A DNA stretch of 64,000 nt from an uncultured Gammaproteobacteria bacterium (lineage in GTDB: Bacteria > Patescibacteriota > Patescibacteriia > Magasanikbacterales > GWA2-37-8), in contig CAYTPE010000001.1 of the NCBI GenBank assembly GCA_964439885.1, positions 9,031 through 73,030 on the forward strand. The letters are read 5' to 3'. Positions within the stretch are counted from its first letter, which is position 1. Each line of letters starts with the position of its first letter. A program made the translations under genes and the position numbers. The notes below the pieces were generated by a model. It ran no database searches. It was not told the origin of the DNA and saw only the letters and a list, made by a program, of their open reading frames with translations. Below are positions 38,007 through 45,031 of this stretch, piece by piece.

Positions 38007-38094
38007 TTATTGAAAAGTTATTAAAAAATTATTAAGAAATTATTGTGTGAAAATATTAAAATAATTTTTCAATAATTTCTTAATAATTTTAAAA
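38004..38094. repeat. AT-rich inverted repeat built from TTATTAAGAAATTATT-type units
   Basis: TTGAAAAGTTATTAAAAAATTATTAAGAAATTATT...AATAATTTCTTAATAATTTTTCAATAATTTT. One arm recurs at 9339-9378 downstream of the epimerase gene. Confidence 0.5.
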
Positions 38095-39327
38095 ATGAAT
38101 TTCACCCCCATACAACTCGCTTACGGCTCACTGGTTCGTCAAAAGAAACGAGCGATTTTAACGATGCTCGCGATTGCTATTGGTATTGCAGCTGTTATCA
38201 CTATTAGCGCGGCAGGAGCAGGGCTTCGAAGGCTGGTGCTGGGGCAGATCGATATTTTTGGCGCAAGTACGTTTCATATAGAAACCCGTGTGCCAAGCTC
38301 AAAAAGCTCTGGCGGGTTTGGTTCAGTTGGTATTACTATTACCACTCTCAAAGAAAAAGATGTGATTGATATGCTGAAACTCCCGAATGTGGAGGCGGCC
38401 GAAGGTGAAGTATCGGGCCAGGAAATCGTGAGCTATAACGGACAGATTAGCAAATCATTACTTTCTGGTGCCGGCTACTCATCACCTGAAGTGCAGGTGC
38501 TTGAATTTCAAGAAGGACGTTTCTATACCAAAGACGAAGAAGATTCGCTCGCACAGGTAGCAGTGCTCGGACCCAAAACCAAACAAAAATTATTTGGTGA
38601 TGATACGGCCGAAGGCAAAACTATCTACATCAAAGGCAAACCGTTCCGCGTGATTGGCGTTCTGAAGCCGCGTGGCGCAGCATTCTTTTTTGACCTCGAC
38701 AATATGGTGATGCTCCCCACTAAAACCATGCAAAAACGATTGCTCGGGATAGATTACTATGTGAGTATTTCCGGTAAATTTAAAGACGTAAACCAGTCCG
38801 AAAGTACCGCGAAGGATATTGCCTATATCTTGCGTGAAAATCACAATATAGCCGACGAGGCTCATGATGACTTTGTGGTGCAAACGACGGTGCAGGCGCA
38901 GTCGTCACTCAGTGCGATCACGAGCGGTATTACTCTATTACTTATCGCACTCGTCTGCATCTCGCTTATTGTAGGTGGAGTTGGCATTATGAATATCATG
39001 TATGTATCGGTAGCCGAACGCACCTTCGAAATCGGTTTGCGCAAGTCGCTTGGAGCCAAAGGACGCGATATTTTGGGTCAATTTTTGGCGGAGGCAGTGC
39101 TTGTGACGCTCGGCGGGGGAGTGGTGGGAGTCGTGCTCGGCGCGCTTTTGGCTTTGCTTATTTATCTTGGTGCCACTGCAGCCGGATTTAAATGGGTGTT
39201 CAGCATTTCTCTTTCATCTATCATTTTGTCAGTTTGCTTTTCCGGTTTTATTGGCTTACTCTTTGGCTTGTACCCAGCCAAAAAGGCCGCGGCACTCAAT
39301 CCAATCGAAGCACTAAGGAAGGAATAA
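38095..39327 (+). CDS. ABC transporter permease (MacB/FtsX-like), second copy
   Basis: 410 aa, same architecture (VSVAERTFEIGLRKSLGAKGRDI). Confidence 0.8.
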   Translation: MNFTPIQLAYGSLVRQKKRAILTMLAIAIGIAAVITISAAGAGLRRLVLGQIDIFGASTFHIETRVPSSKSSGGFGSVGITITTLKEKDVIDMLKLPNVEAAEGEVSGQEIVSYNGQISKSLLSGAGYSSPEVQVLEFQEGRFYTKDEEDSLAQVAVLGPKTKQKLFGDDTAEGKTIYIKGKPFRVIGVLKPRGAAFFFDLDNMVMLPTKTMQKRLLGIDYYVSISGKFKDVNQSESTAKDIAYILRENHNIADEAHDDFVVQTTVQAQSSLSAITSGITLLLIALVCISLIVGGVGIMNIMYVSVAERTFEIGLRKSLGAKGRDILGQFLAEAVLVTLGGGVVGVVLGALLALLIYLGATAAGFKWVFSISLSSIILSVCFSGFIGLLFGLYPAKKAAALNPIEALRKE

Positions 39328-39379
39328 TGTTGAGTGAAGGCTGGTGAATTGCCGTTGGGTACAAAAAATATTTTAAAAA

Positions 39380-39410
39380 AAATAAAACCTTGGACAAAGG
39401 TTTTTTTGTT
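39380..39410. terminator. bidirectional terminator hairpin flanked by an A-run and a T-run
   Basis: AAAAAAATAAAACCTTGGACAAAGGTTTTTTT. It terminates the + strand permease operon and the - strand tRNA(UCA)-containing transcript. Confidence 0.5.
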
Positions 39411-39411
39411 G

Positions 39412-39687
39412 TGTAGTAGCTGGCCTGCCTCGGCTGCTACAGCTTGCTCCATCACCACCGGAGGGTAAGGTGAGAGCACATGCTGTGCAGCCGAGGCGAG
39501 GTCACTTGGCCCTACGCACGTACGTGCGTAGGTAAAGAGAGCCGCGGGCACCCGCTCGTCGCCGCCATGCCTTGTTCGTTCACCGGGGGGCCGGAGTTTT
39601 CCGAACAGAGACACACACGCGGTCACGACTAGCGGGGCCCGAGGCCCGACTGTGCCAACCACGATGAAGCTGTGGCTGGCGTTTGGA
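39412..39687 (-). ncRNA. GC-rich highly structured RNA of unknown class, co-transcribed downstream of tRNA(UCA)
   Basis: About 276 nt at about 65% GC in an AT-rich context, with no plausible ORF. Contains several perfect or near-perfect helices, including the 22-nt palindrome CCTACGCACGTACGTGCGTAGG, GCCTCGGCTGC...GCAGCCGAGGC (11 bp, long-range), GGGCCtcgGGCCC and CCGGccccCCGG. Bounded by the tRNA on one side and a terminator on the other. Confidence 0.25.
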
Positions 39688-39757
39688 TGGGGCCAGGAGG
39701 ATTCGAACCTCCGCATTCCGGTTTGAAGCCGGACGCTCACCTCTGAGCCATAGCCCC
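39688..39757 (-). tRNA. tRNA-like gene with anticodon UCA (UGA-decoding; resembles Trp-type anticodon arm)
   Basis: Hand-folded 70-nt cloverleaf: acceptor GGGGCUA/UGGCCCC, D-arm GCUC-AGAGGU-GAGC (short loop), anticodon stem UCCGG/CCGGA with loop CUUCAAA (U33, U34-C35-A36, A37), 4-nt variable loop, T-arm GGAGG-UUCGAAU-CCUCC, discriminator A. No encoded CCA. Confidence 0.5.
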
Positions 39758-39898
39758 ATACACCAGCACCGCCGAAGCGGTGCCGTCCTCTCTCACGCAC
39801 ATGCATGCGTGAGAAAAAAGCGACCCCCAAACCCGGGATCCGTCCACGGGAGGGAACCCGCGACAAACCACGCGAGATCTGGGGGTCAGTTGGGCACA

Positions 39899-39927
39899 AG
39901 TAAACCAGTTTTGGTGTGTTTTGTCAA
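39899..39927 (-). promoter_or_regulatory. putative sigma70-type promoter (TTGACA-17-TTTACT) driving the tRNA(UCA)-structured RNA unit
   Basis: The reverse complement of 39899-39927 reads TTGACAaaacacaccaaaactggTTTACT, about 130 nt upstream of the tRNA 5' end. Confidence 0.3.
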
Positions 39928-40199
39928 TAGCTAAAGAAAAATGAATGTCGATAAAGTGGCTAAATTAAACAGAATTTCACAATTATAGTGAAAAAAGTAA
40001 AACAAAAAATCCCCACTCAAATAGTAAGGATTTTTATCTTGATGAAGCCTTTTTCCAAAAGGAAATGCCTCGGCTACTCGTTAAATCTATACGCATCGGT
40101 AGAGACCTAACGAGTCGGTAGCCGGGGCGAGGCTTCCGTCTCGCTCCGTTGTGGCGGGGTGGGGGCGGCACGGAGGAGCCGCCAGCGGGGGGCTCCTCT

Positions 40200-40376
40200 T
40201 CAGCTCTTGTAGAGGTAGAACACGACGGCGCCCGCTCCGAAGAGCAGGCAGAGCCACGAGAAGTGGCTCATGAGTCGGGGGAAGAAGCGGAAGTTGTCCC
40301 GATCGATCCACCAGAGGATCCTCACCCAAACTCCCACTGCGAAGAGCAGTATTCCAAGCACTCGCCACGTTTCCAT
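40200..40376 (-). CDS. small (58 aa) two-helix membrane protein with atypical GC3-rich codon usage
   Basis: METWRVLGILLFAVGVWVRILWWIDRDNFRFFPRLMSHFSWLCLLFGAGAVVFYLYKS. A perfect GGAGGAGG ribosome-binding site lies 5-6 nt upstream of the ATG, which is unusual for this genome. Stop codon TGA; GC-rich hairpins downstream. Confidence 0.4.
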   Translation of the reverse strand: METWRVLGILLFAVGVWVRILWWIDRDNFRFFPRLMSHFSWLCLLFGAGAVVFYLYKS

Positions 40377-40695
40377 CTTGACCTCCTCCGGGTCACCACG
40401 ACCCGTGTCTACCGCAATAGTATATACGCATAATACACTACTACGATCGACACCGGTCAGAAAGATTACATTATTAAAGCGCACTTTATTTAAATAAAAC
40501 ATACTCTAGGGCAGGCTTAATGTCAATAATGACGAAACATTATACGGAATATTCAAGGTGAGAATTTTTTTATACTCCGCAGTTACTTTTTTGGTTTAAT
40601 TAGCGTATATAGTAGCGTGCTATTGGCAGGGTTATGAGTGTGCTTCTGTAAAGCATATTTATAACCCGGCCGATGTCGCTGGGGGGAGGAAGAAG

Positions 40696-40965
40696 ATGGC
40701 CAATCGTCGTGCAAACGTGGTGCCGGGAGCTCCGGCGCCGGTTACTCCAGACCGTACCGCCGGGGCCGATGCCCCGACGCGGTACATGCCTCAGATCGAT
40801 GGCAGCAGTGCGGCCGACAAGCGGCATCGGCCGCTCGCTGACGGGCTGGCAGAGAGCCGGCTCGTCCAGATCGTCTGCCTGCGCCGCTACCTCTGGGTGG
40901 CGGGCGGAATCGCGGCCCTGGAGGCCGCTCTGCTGGCCGCGCTGGCGGCTAAGTTCCTCCTCTAG
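40696..40965 (+). CDS. small (89 aa) protein with Pro/Ala-rich N-terminus and a C-terminal transmembrane helix; GC3-rich codon usage
   Basis: GGGGGAGGaagaagATG ribosome-binding site. C-terminal RLVQIVCLRRYLWVAGGIAALEAALLAALAAKFLL. Followed by a strong 11-bp GC hairpin (GGGGTCTCGCC...GGCGAGACCCC). Confidence 0.4.
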   Translation: MANRRANVVPGAPAPVTPDRTAGADAPTRYMPQIDGSSAADKRHRPLADGLAESRLVQIVCLRRYLWVAGGIAALEAALLAALAAKFLL

Positions 40966-41086
40966 GAGGCTGACCCCGCGGGGTCTCGCCCGTGAGCGCT
41001 TTCGAGCGACCGGCGAGACCCCCGGGTCTCACTACTCCACGTATTGCTTTTTAAGCCGTGGGGTGATAAGGTTTGAGTGTTGTGTG

Positions 41087-41199
41087 AAAAGAATAAAGAG
41101 TAAAGAATAAAGAATAATAAACGAAACCACCACTCTTTACCTGCCTGCGTAGGCAGGCTCTTTACTCTTTACTCTTTACTCTTTACTCTTTACTCTTTC
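41087..41199. repeat. inverted heptamer tandem arrays (TAAAGAR x3 ... CTCTTTA x6) flanking a central GC hairpin, immediately upstream of dnaG
   Basis: aaaGAATAAAGAGTAAAGAATAAAGAAtaa ... GCCTGCgtagGCAGGC ... CTCTTTACTCTTTACTCTTTACTCTTTACTCTTTACTCTTTC. Confidence 0.6.
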
Positions 41200-41205
41200 T
41201 CATCC

Positions 41206-43041
41206 GTGGCCACCGATACACAGGCGATAAAGGATCGCATCGACATCGTACAACTCATCGGCGAATACATAACACTCAAAAAAGCGGGCGCGAACTGGAA
41301 AGCCAACTGCCCGTTCCATCACGAAAAATCGCCGTCATTTATGGTGCATGCCGATAAGCAAATCTGGCATTGTTTTGGTTGTGGGAAAGGCGGCGATATT
41401 TTTAGCTTTGTGCAAGAAATGGAAGGGCTTGATTTTGTGGAAGCGCTGAAACTCCTGGCCAAGCGTGCCGGTGTACCAATAGAAACATTCAAAAGCGAAA
41501 CCGACACGAGCGCGCGCAACCGGGTGCTGGAAGTGAACACGAAAGCGGCGGAATTTTTTCACCGCGTTCTCATGGAGTTGCCCGCATCTCAAAGCGCGCG
41601 CGAATATCTGGAGCGCCGCGGATTGAAAAGAGAAACTATTATAGAATGGCAAATTGGATTTATTCCCGACCAGTGGGATTTGCTCACTCGATATTTTCTC
41701 AAAAAAGGTTTTGGTATCAACGACTTGGTAGCCGCGGGACTGGTGATTAAACGTGAAGGAGTCACTTCGACTACCACCCCTACCCCTCCTTCGCAAGGAG
41801 GGGAGATTACGAGTGAATCCATACGTGGGTATTACGACCGTTTTCGTGGACGTGTAATGTTTCCTATTGCCGACACGCATGGCAATGTGGTGGGTTTTAC
41901 CGGCCGTGTACTGGTCGAAACCGAGAATTCGGGGGGTAAATACGTCAATACTCCGCAAACCGCCGTCTACGATAAATCACGTGTGCTGTATGGGCTTTCT
42001 CGAGCGAAAACTGAAATAAAAAACCAGGATCAGGTTGTACTAGTAGAAGGTCAGATGGATGTGATAGCCTGCCACCAGGCGGGCATGAAGAACGTCGTAG
42101 CCGCATCGGGCACCGCGCTGACAACAGAGCAGATTAAACTGATTAAACGATATACGACCAATATTGCCATGGCGTTCGACGCCGACAGCGCCGGAGAGAA
42201 TGCCGGCAAACGTGGTATTACCACAGCGATATCCGAAGCAATGAACGTGCGCGTGATTCGTATTCCACCCGGCTTTGCCAAAGACGCTGACGAGTGCATC
42301 AAAAAAGATCCGACGGTATGGTTTACGGCGGTGAAAGAAGCAGCTGATGTGATGGAGTGGTATCTGGCGATTGTACTCTCACGCTATGATATTCGTGAAC
42401 CCAAAGCGAAACGCGTCGCCGCGACTATTCTGCTCGAACAAATCCGCTCTATTCCCAACGCCGTGGAACGCGATGAATGGATTAAACGAGTAAGCGGCGA
42501 ACTCGGTATCGAATTACCCATTTTACGCGAAGAACTCAAAAAAATTAAAACGTTGCCGTCACCAAAAAACAATGAGCCCGTGAGTAAAGTGGTAGAGCGA
42601 GTAGAAGCACTCACACCGTACGAATTGTTGCTGCAGGAATTTTGGTCATTACTTTTGAAATTCCCGGAATTGTATTCGACATACGCGAGTTCGCTGTCGC
42701 CAGACTATTTCGCAGGCACACCTTTTAGTGCTCTTTACCAAAACGCTGTGGGTGTGTATACTAAAGCTCAAGCACTGGATATGGAAGCGCTTCGACAACT
42801 CTATGCGACCGAAGCGCAAAATCCGATTGATATATTGGTGCTCCGACCCTACCGCAATGTAGAGGATTTGTCGCTGCCGACCGCTAAAGCCGAACTCACT
42901 GAATTGTGGAAGCGCATCGCCGAGCAGTGGAACAAAGAACGACGCAAGGCACTGGAGAGAGAAATGGCGATGGCCGAAAAAAGTGGGGAGAAACAGAAGA
43001 TGCTTGAGCTGCTCCAAGAACTACAAAATTTGAACGTTTAA
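41206..43041 (+). CDS. dnaG: DNA primase
   Basis: 611 aa. CHC2 zinc finger CPFHHEKSPSFMVHADKQIWHCFGCGKGGD, TOPRIM EGQMDVIACHQAG...AFDADSAG. Carries a Thr/Pro-rich insertion (TSTTTPTPPSQGGE) before the RNA-polymerase domain core. Confidence 0.9.
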   Translation: MATDTQAIKDRIDIVQLIGEYITLKKAGANWKANCPFHHEKSPSFMVHADKQIWHCFGCGKGGDIFSFVQEMEGLDFVEALKLLAKRAGVPIETFKSETDTSARNRVLEVNTKAAEFFHRVLMELPASQSAREYLERRGLKRETIIEWQIGFIPDQWDLLTRYFLKKGFGINDLVAAGLVIKREGVTSTTTPTPPSQGGEITSESIRGYYDRFRGRVMFPIADTHGNVVGFTGRVLVETENSGGKYVNTPQTAVYDKSRVLYGLSRAKTEIKNQDQVVLVEGQMDVIACHQAGMKNVVAASGTALTTEQIKLIKRYTTNIAMAFDADSAGENAGKRGITTAISEAMNVRVIRIPPGFAKDADECIKKDPTVWFTAVKEAADVMEWYLAIVLSRYDIREPKAKRVAATILLEQIRSIPNAVERDEWIKRVSGELGIELPILREELKKIKTLPSPKNNEPVSKVVERVEALTPYELLLQEFWSLLLKFPELYSTYASSLSPDYFAGTPFSALYQNAVGVYTKAQALDMEALRQLYATEAQNPIDILVLRPYRNVEDLSLPTAKAELTELWKRIAEQWNKERRKALEREMAMAEKSGEKQKMLELLQELQNLNV

Positions 43042-43179
43042 AATGTAAATTATAAACTTTCAATCCTGATCACATAAAAGTTCCAATGTTTTAAATGGCA
43101 TAATACTACTTAAAACATTTGAAATGTGTCATTCGTCATTGTTTAGATTTTAGAGCTTAGGGTTTAGAGTTTCAAAAGT

Positions 43180-44511
43180 ATGGTTGCAAAACCACATCGC
43201 CCGGTAAAACGAGCGAAGACAACTAAGAAGGCTGTTAAATCAGCCCCCAAAAAAGCAGCTCAGAAGGCTGTAAAAAAAATTCTTAAGAAAAACGGCCACA
43301 AGGCCCCACGGGTCAAGGCCAAAAGTACTGTTTTCTCCACCAGAGGTGGATCCTCCTTTGGAGGAAAAAAAGCACCCGCCAAATCGCGCGTGCCACTTAT
43401 TCCCCTCGAGCCGGTACGTGAACCGTCCGAAGCCGAGCTCTGGGAACTCATCCGCAAGGGGCGCAACCGTGGTTTCATCACGGAAATCGAACTCATGCGC
43501 GTTTTGCCGCAACCAGAACAATACCTCGATTTATACGAAGGCTTTTTGGATTTGGCCGAGCGCAATGGCATATCGGTAGTAGAAACCGCGCCCAGTCTGC
43601 TCGGCACCAAAGAACAAAACAAAGAAACCCTCAAACAATTTCAAGGCGAGCAACCGGACATGGACGTGCCGTTTGATCTGGCTCAAATCTCGAGCGACTC
43701 CATACAGATGTATTTGCGCGAGATCGGCAAGATCCCGCTGCTGTCTGGTGAAGAAGAAGTCGCGCTCGCCAAACGAAAAGAACGAAACGATAAAGCCGCC
43801 GAGCGCAAACTCATCGAAGCGAACCTGCGCCTCGTGGTTTCCATTGCCAAAAAATTCGTGGGCAAAAGCTTGTCGCTCCTCGACCTGATCCAGGAAGGTA
43901 ACATCGGCCTGTTTCGCGCGGTAAAAAAATTCGACTACCGTAAAGGGTATAAATTTTCCACCTACGCCACTTGGTGGATACGCCAGGCCATAACGCGCGC
44001 GCTGGCCGACCAGAGCCGCACCATCCGCATTCCAGTGCACATGGTGGAAACTATCAACCGCTTCCAGCAAGTGCAGCGCCGTTTGCAGCAAGACCTCGGC
44101 CGTGACCCCACGCCCGAAGAGCTGGCCGCCGAAATGGGGGAGGAAGTCGATAAGATTCATCACATCATCAAGATCTCGCAAGACACCATGAGCTTGGAAG
44201 TGCCGATTGGTGACGACGATGAAGATACACAACTTAGTGATTTTATCGAAGACGTCAAAAATGTCTCACCCGATCGCGCGGCGGGATTGCAAATTTTGCG
44301 TGATTACGTTCAAAATGCAATTAAAGATCTCTCTCCTCGTGAACAAAAAATTCTTGAGATGCGTTTTGGTTTAAGTGACGGTGTAACACACACACTGGAA
44401 GAAGTAGGGCAAGAATTTGGTGTGACGCGCGAACGTATTCGCCAGATTGAAGCGAAGGCACTCGAAAAAATTCAGCAGACGGATATTGTGAGTAAATTGC
44501 GTGATTATTAA
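43180..44511 (+). CDS. rpoD: RNA polymerase sigma-70 factor RpoD (with Lys-rich N-terminal tail)
   Basis: Region 1.2/2 [66 protein letters not shown], and region 4 [15 protein letters not shown]...[24 protein letters not shown]. Confidence 0.9.
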   Translation: MVAKPHRPVKRAKTTKKAVKSAPKKAAQKAVKKILKKNGHKAPRVKAKSTVFSTRGGSSFGGKKAPAKSRVPLIPLEPVREPSEAELWELIRKGRNRGFITEIELMRVLPQPEQYLDLYEGFLDLAERNGISVVETAPSLLGTKEQNKETLKQFQGEQPDMDVPFDLAQISSDSIQMYLREIGKIPLLSGEEEVALAKRKERNDKAAERKLIEANLRLVVSIAKKFVGKSLSLLDLIQEGNIGLFRAVKKFDYRKGYKFSTYATWWIRQAITRALADQSRTIRIPVHMVETINRFQQVQRRLQQDLGRDPTPEELAAEMGEEVDKIHHIIKISQDTMSLEVPIGDDDEDTQLSDFIEDVKNVSPDRAAGLQILRDYVQNAIKDLSPREQKILEMRFGLSDGVTHTLEEVGQEFGVTRERIRQIEAKALEKIQQTDIVSKLRDY

Positions 44512-44513
44512 TT

Positions 44514-45026
44514 ACGTACAGACGTACAGAAAGTACAGAAATACGGAAGGTACAAGAATTAAATATAAAATATATGTCAAGGGAGGGGGTTGCTATCATC
44601 AAAAAAGATTTCTTATATCCGGATTTGACCTACAAAATTAACGGTGTTTTATTCGATGTATTTAAAGAGTTGGGCGGAGGTCACCTGGAAAAATATTATT
44701 AGAAAGCTGCGGCAATCGGGCTGAGCAAAATTCCTCTCAAGTTTGTAGAACAATACATGGTTCCATTAACCTACGCCGGACAAAAGGTTGGTAAATAGTA
44801 TGTAGACTTTTTGATCGAAGAAAAAATAGTATTGGAATTAAAACGAGGTCTATTCATTCCGGCAAATGTAATCCGTCAGACAAAACAGTATTTGATTGCA
44901 ACAAAATTGCAACTGGCACTGGTGGCGTGCTTTACACACAACGGTGTGATTATAAAACGAGTGCTTAATATTTATTAACGAGGTCAGTACGTTCTGTACT
45001 TCTGTACTTTCTGTACGTCTGTACGT
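44514..45026. mobile_element. MITE-like non-autonomous element with about 40-bp terminal inverted repeats composed of GTACAGAA-type octamers, carrying a decayed GxxExxY gene
   Basis: Left end ACGTACAGACGTACAGAAAGTACAGAAaTACgGAAgGTAC (44514-44553). The right end's reverse complement is ACGTACAGACGTACAGAAAGTACAGAAgTACaGAAcGTAC (44987-45026), with a 26-nt exact core. It is inserted exactly between the rpoD stop (44511) and the murG start (45032). Confidence 0.55.
44574..44978 (+). pseudogene. GxxExxY-family (PD-(D/E)XK nuclease-like) gene interrupted by two in-frame TAG codons
   Basis: Translation MSREGVAIIKKDFLYPDLTYKINGVLFDVFKELGGGHLEKYY*KAAAIGLSKIPLKFVEQYMVPLTYAGQKVGK*YVDFLIEEKIVLELKRGLFIPANVIRQTKQYLIATKLQLALVACFTHNGVIIKRVLNIY matches the GxxExxY family. 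TAG at 44700-44702 and 44796-44798. TAG is a bona fide stop elsewhere in the window. Confidence 0.6.
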
Positions 45027-45031
45027 TCTCT

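Noticed and set aside
39412-39687. Identification of the structured region as tmRNA, RNase P RNA or SRP RNA
   Set aside because: There is no tag-peptide reading frame or G3:U70 tRNA-Ala-like acceptor (tmRNA), no recognisable P4 AGGAAAGUCCGGGCUCC/ACAGAACCCGGCUUA pair (RNase P), and no GGAAGCAGCC-type domain IV (SRP). The class is left as unknown.
39162-39899. 245-aa minus-strand ORF spanning the GC-rich region
   Set aside because: It runs across the tRNA-like gene, the terminator and the palindromic RNA region, and into the permease gene 3' end. Its Arg/Pro/Gly-rich translation is typical of stop-poor GC-rich non-coding sequence.
40149-40433. 94-aa + strand ORF (Glu/Pro-rich) in the GC-rich segment
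   Set aside because: It is antisense to the 58-aa membrane-protein ORF, which has a perfect ribosome-binding site. The + ORF lacks a ribosome-binding site and is low-complexity acidic, so it is likely a GC-rich artefact.
41087-41199. Heptamer tandem arrays considered as a possible CRISPR array
   Set aside because: Units are 7-8 nt perfect tandem copies with no spacers, far below CRISPR repeat size and lacking repeat-spacer architecture. No cas genes are present in the window.
43531-44232. 233-aa minus-strand ORF antisense to rpoD
   Set aside because: It lies wholly inside rpoD, which has unambiguous sigma-70 motifs on the + strand.
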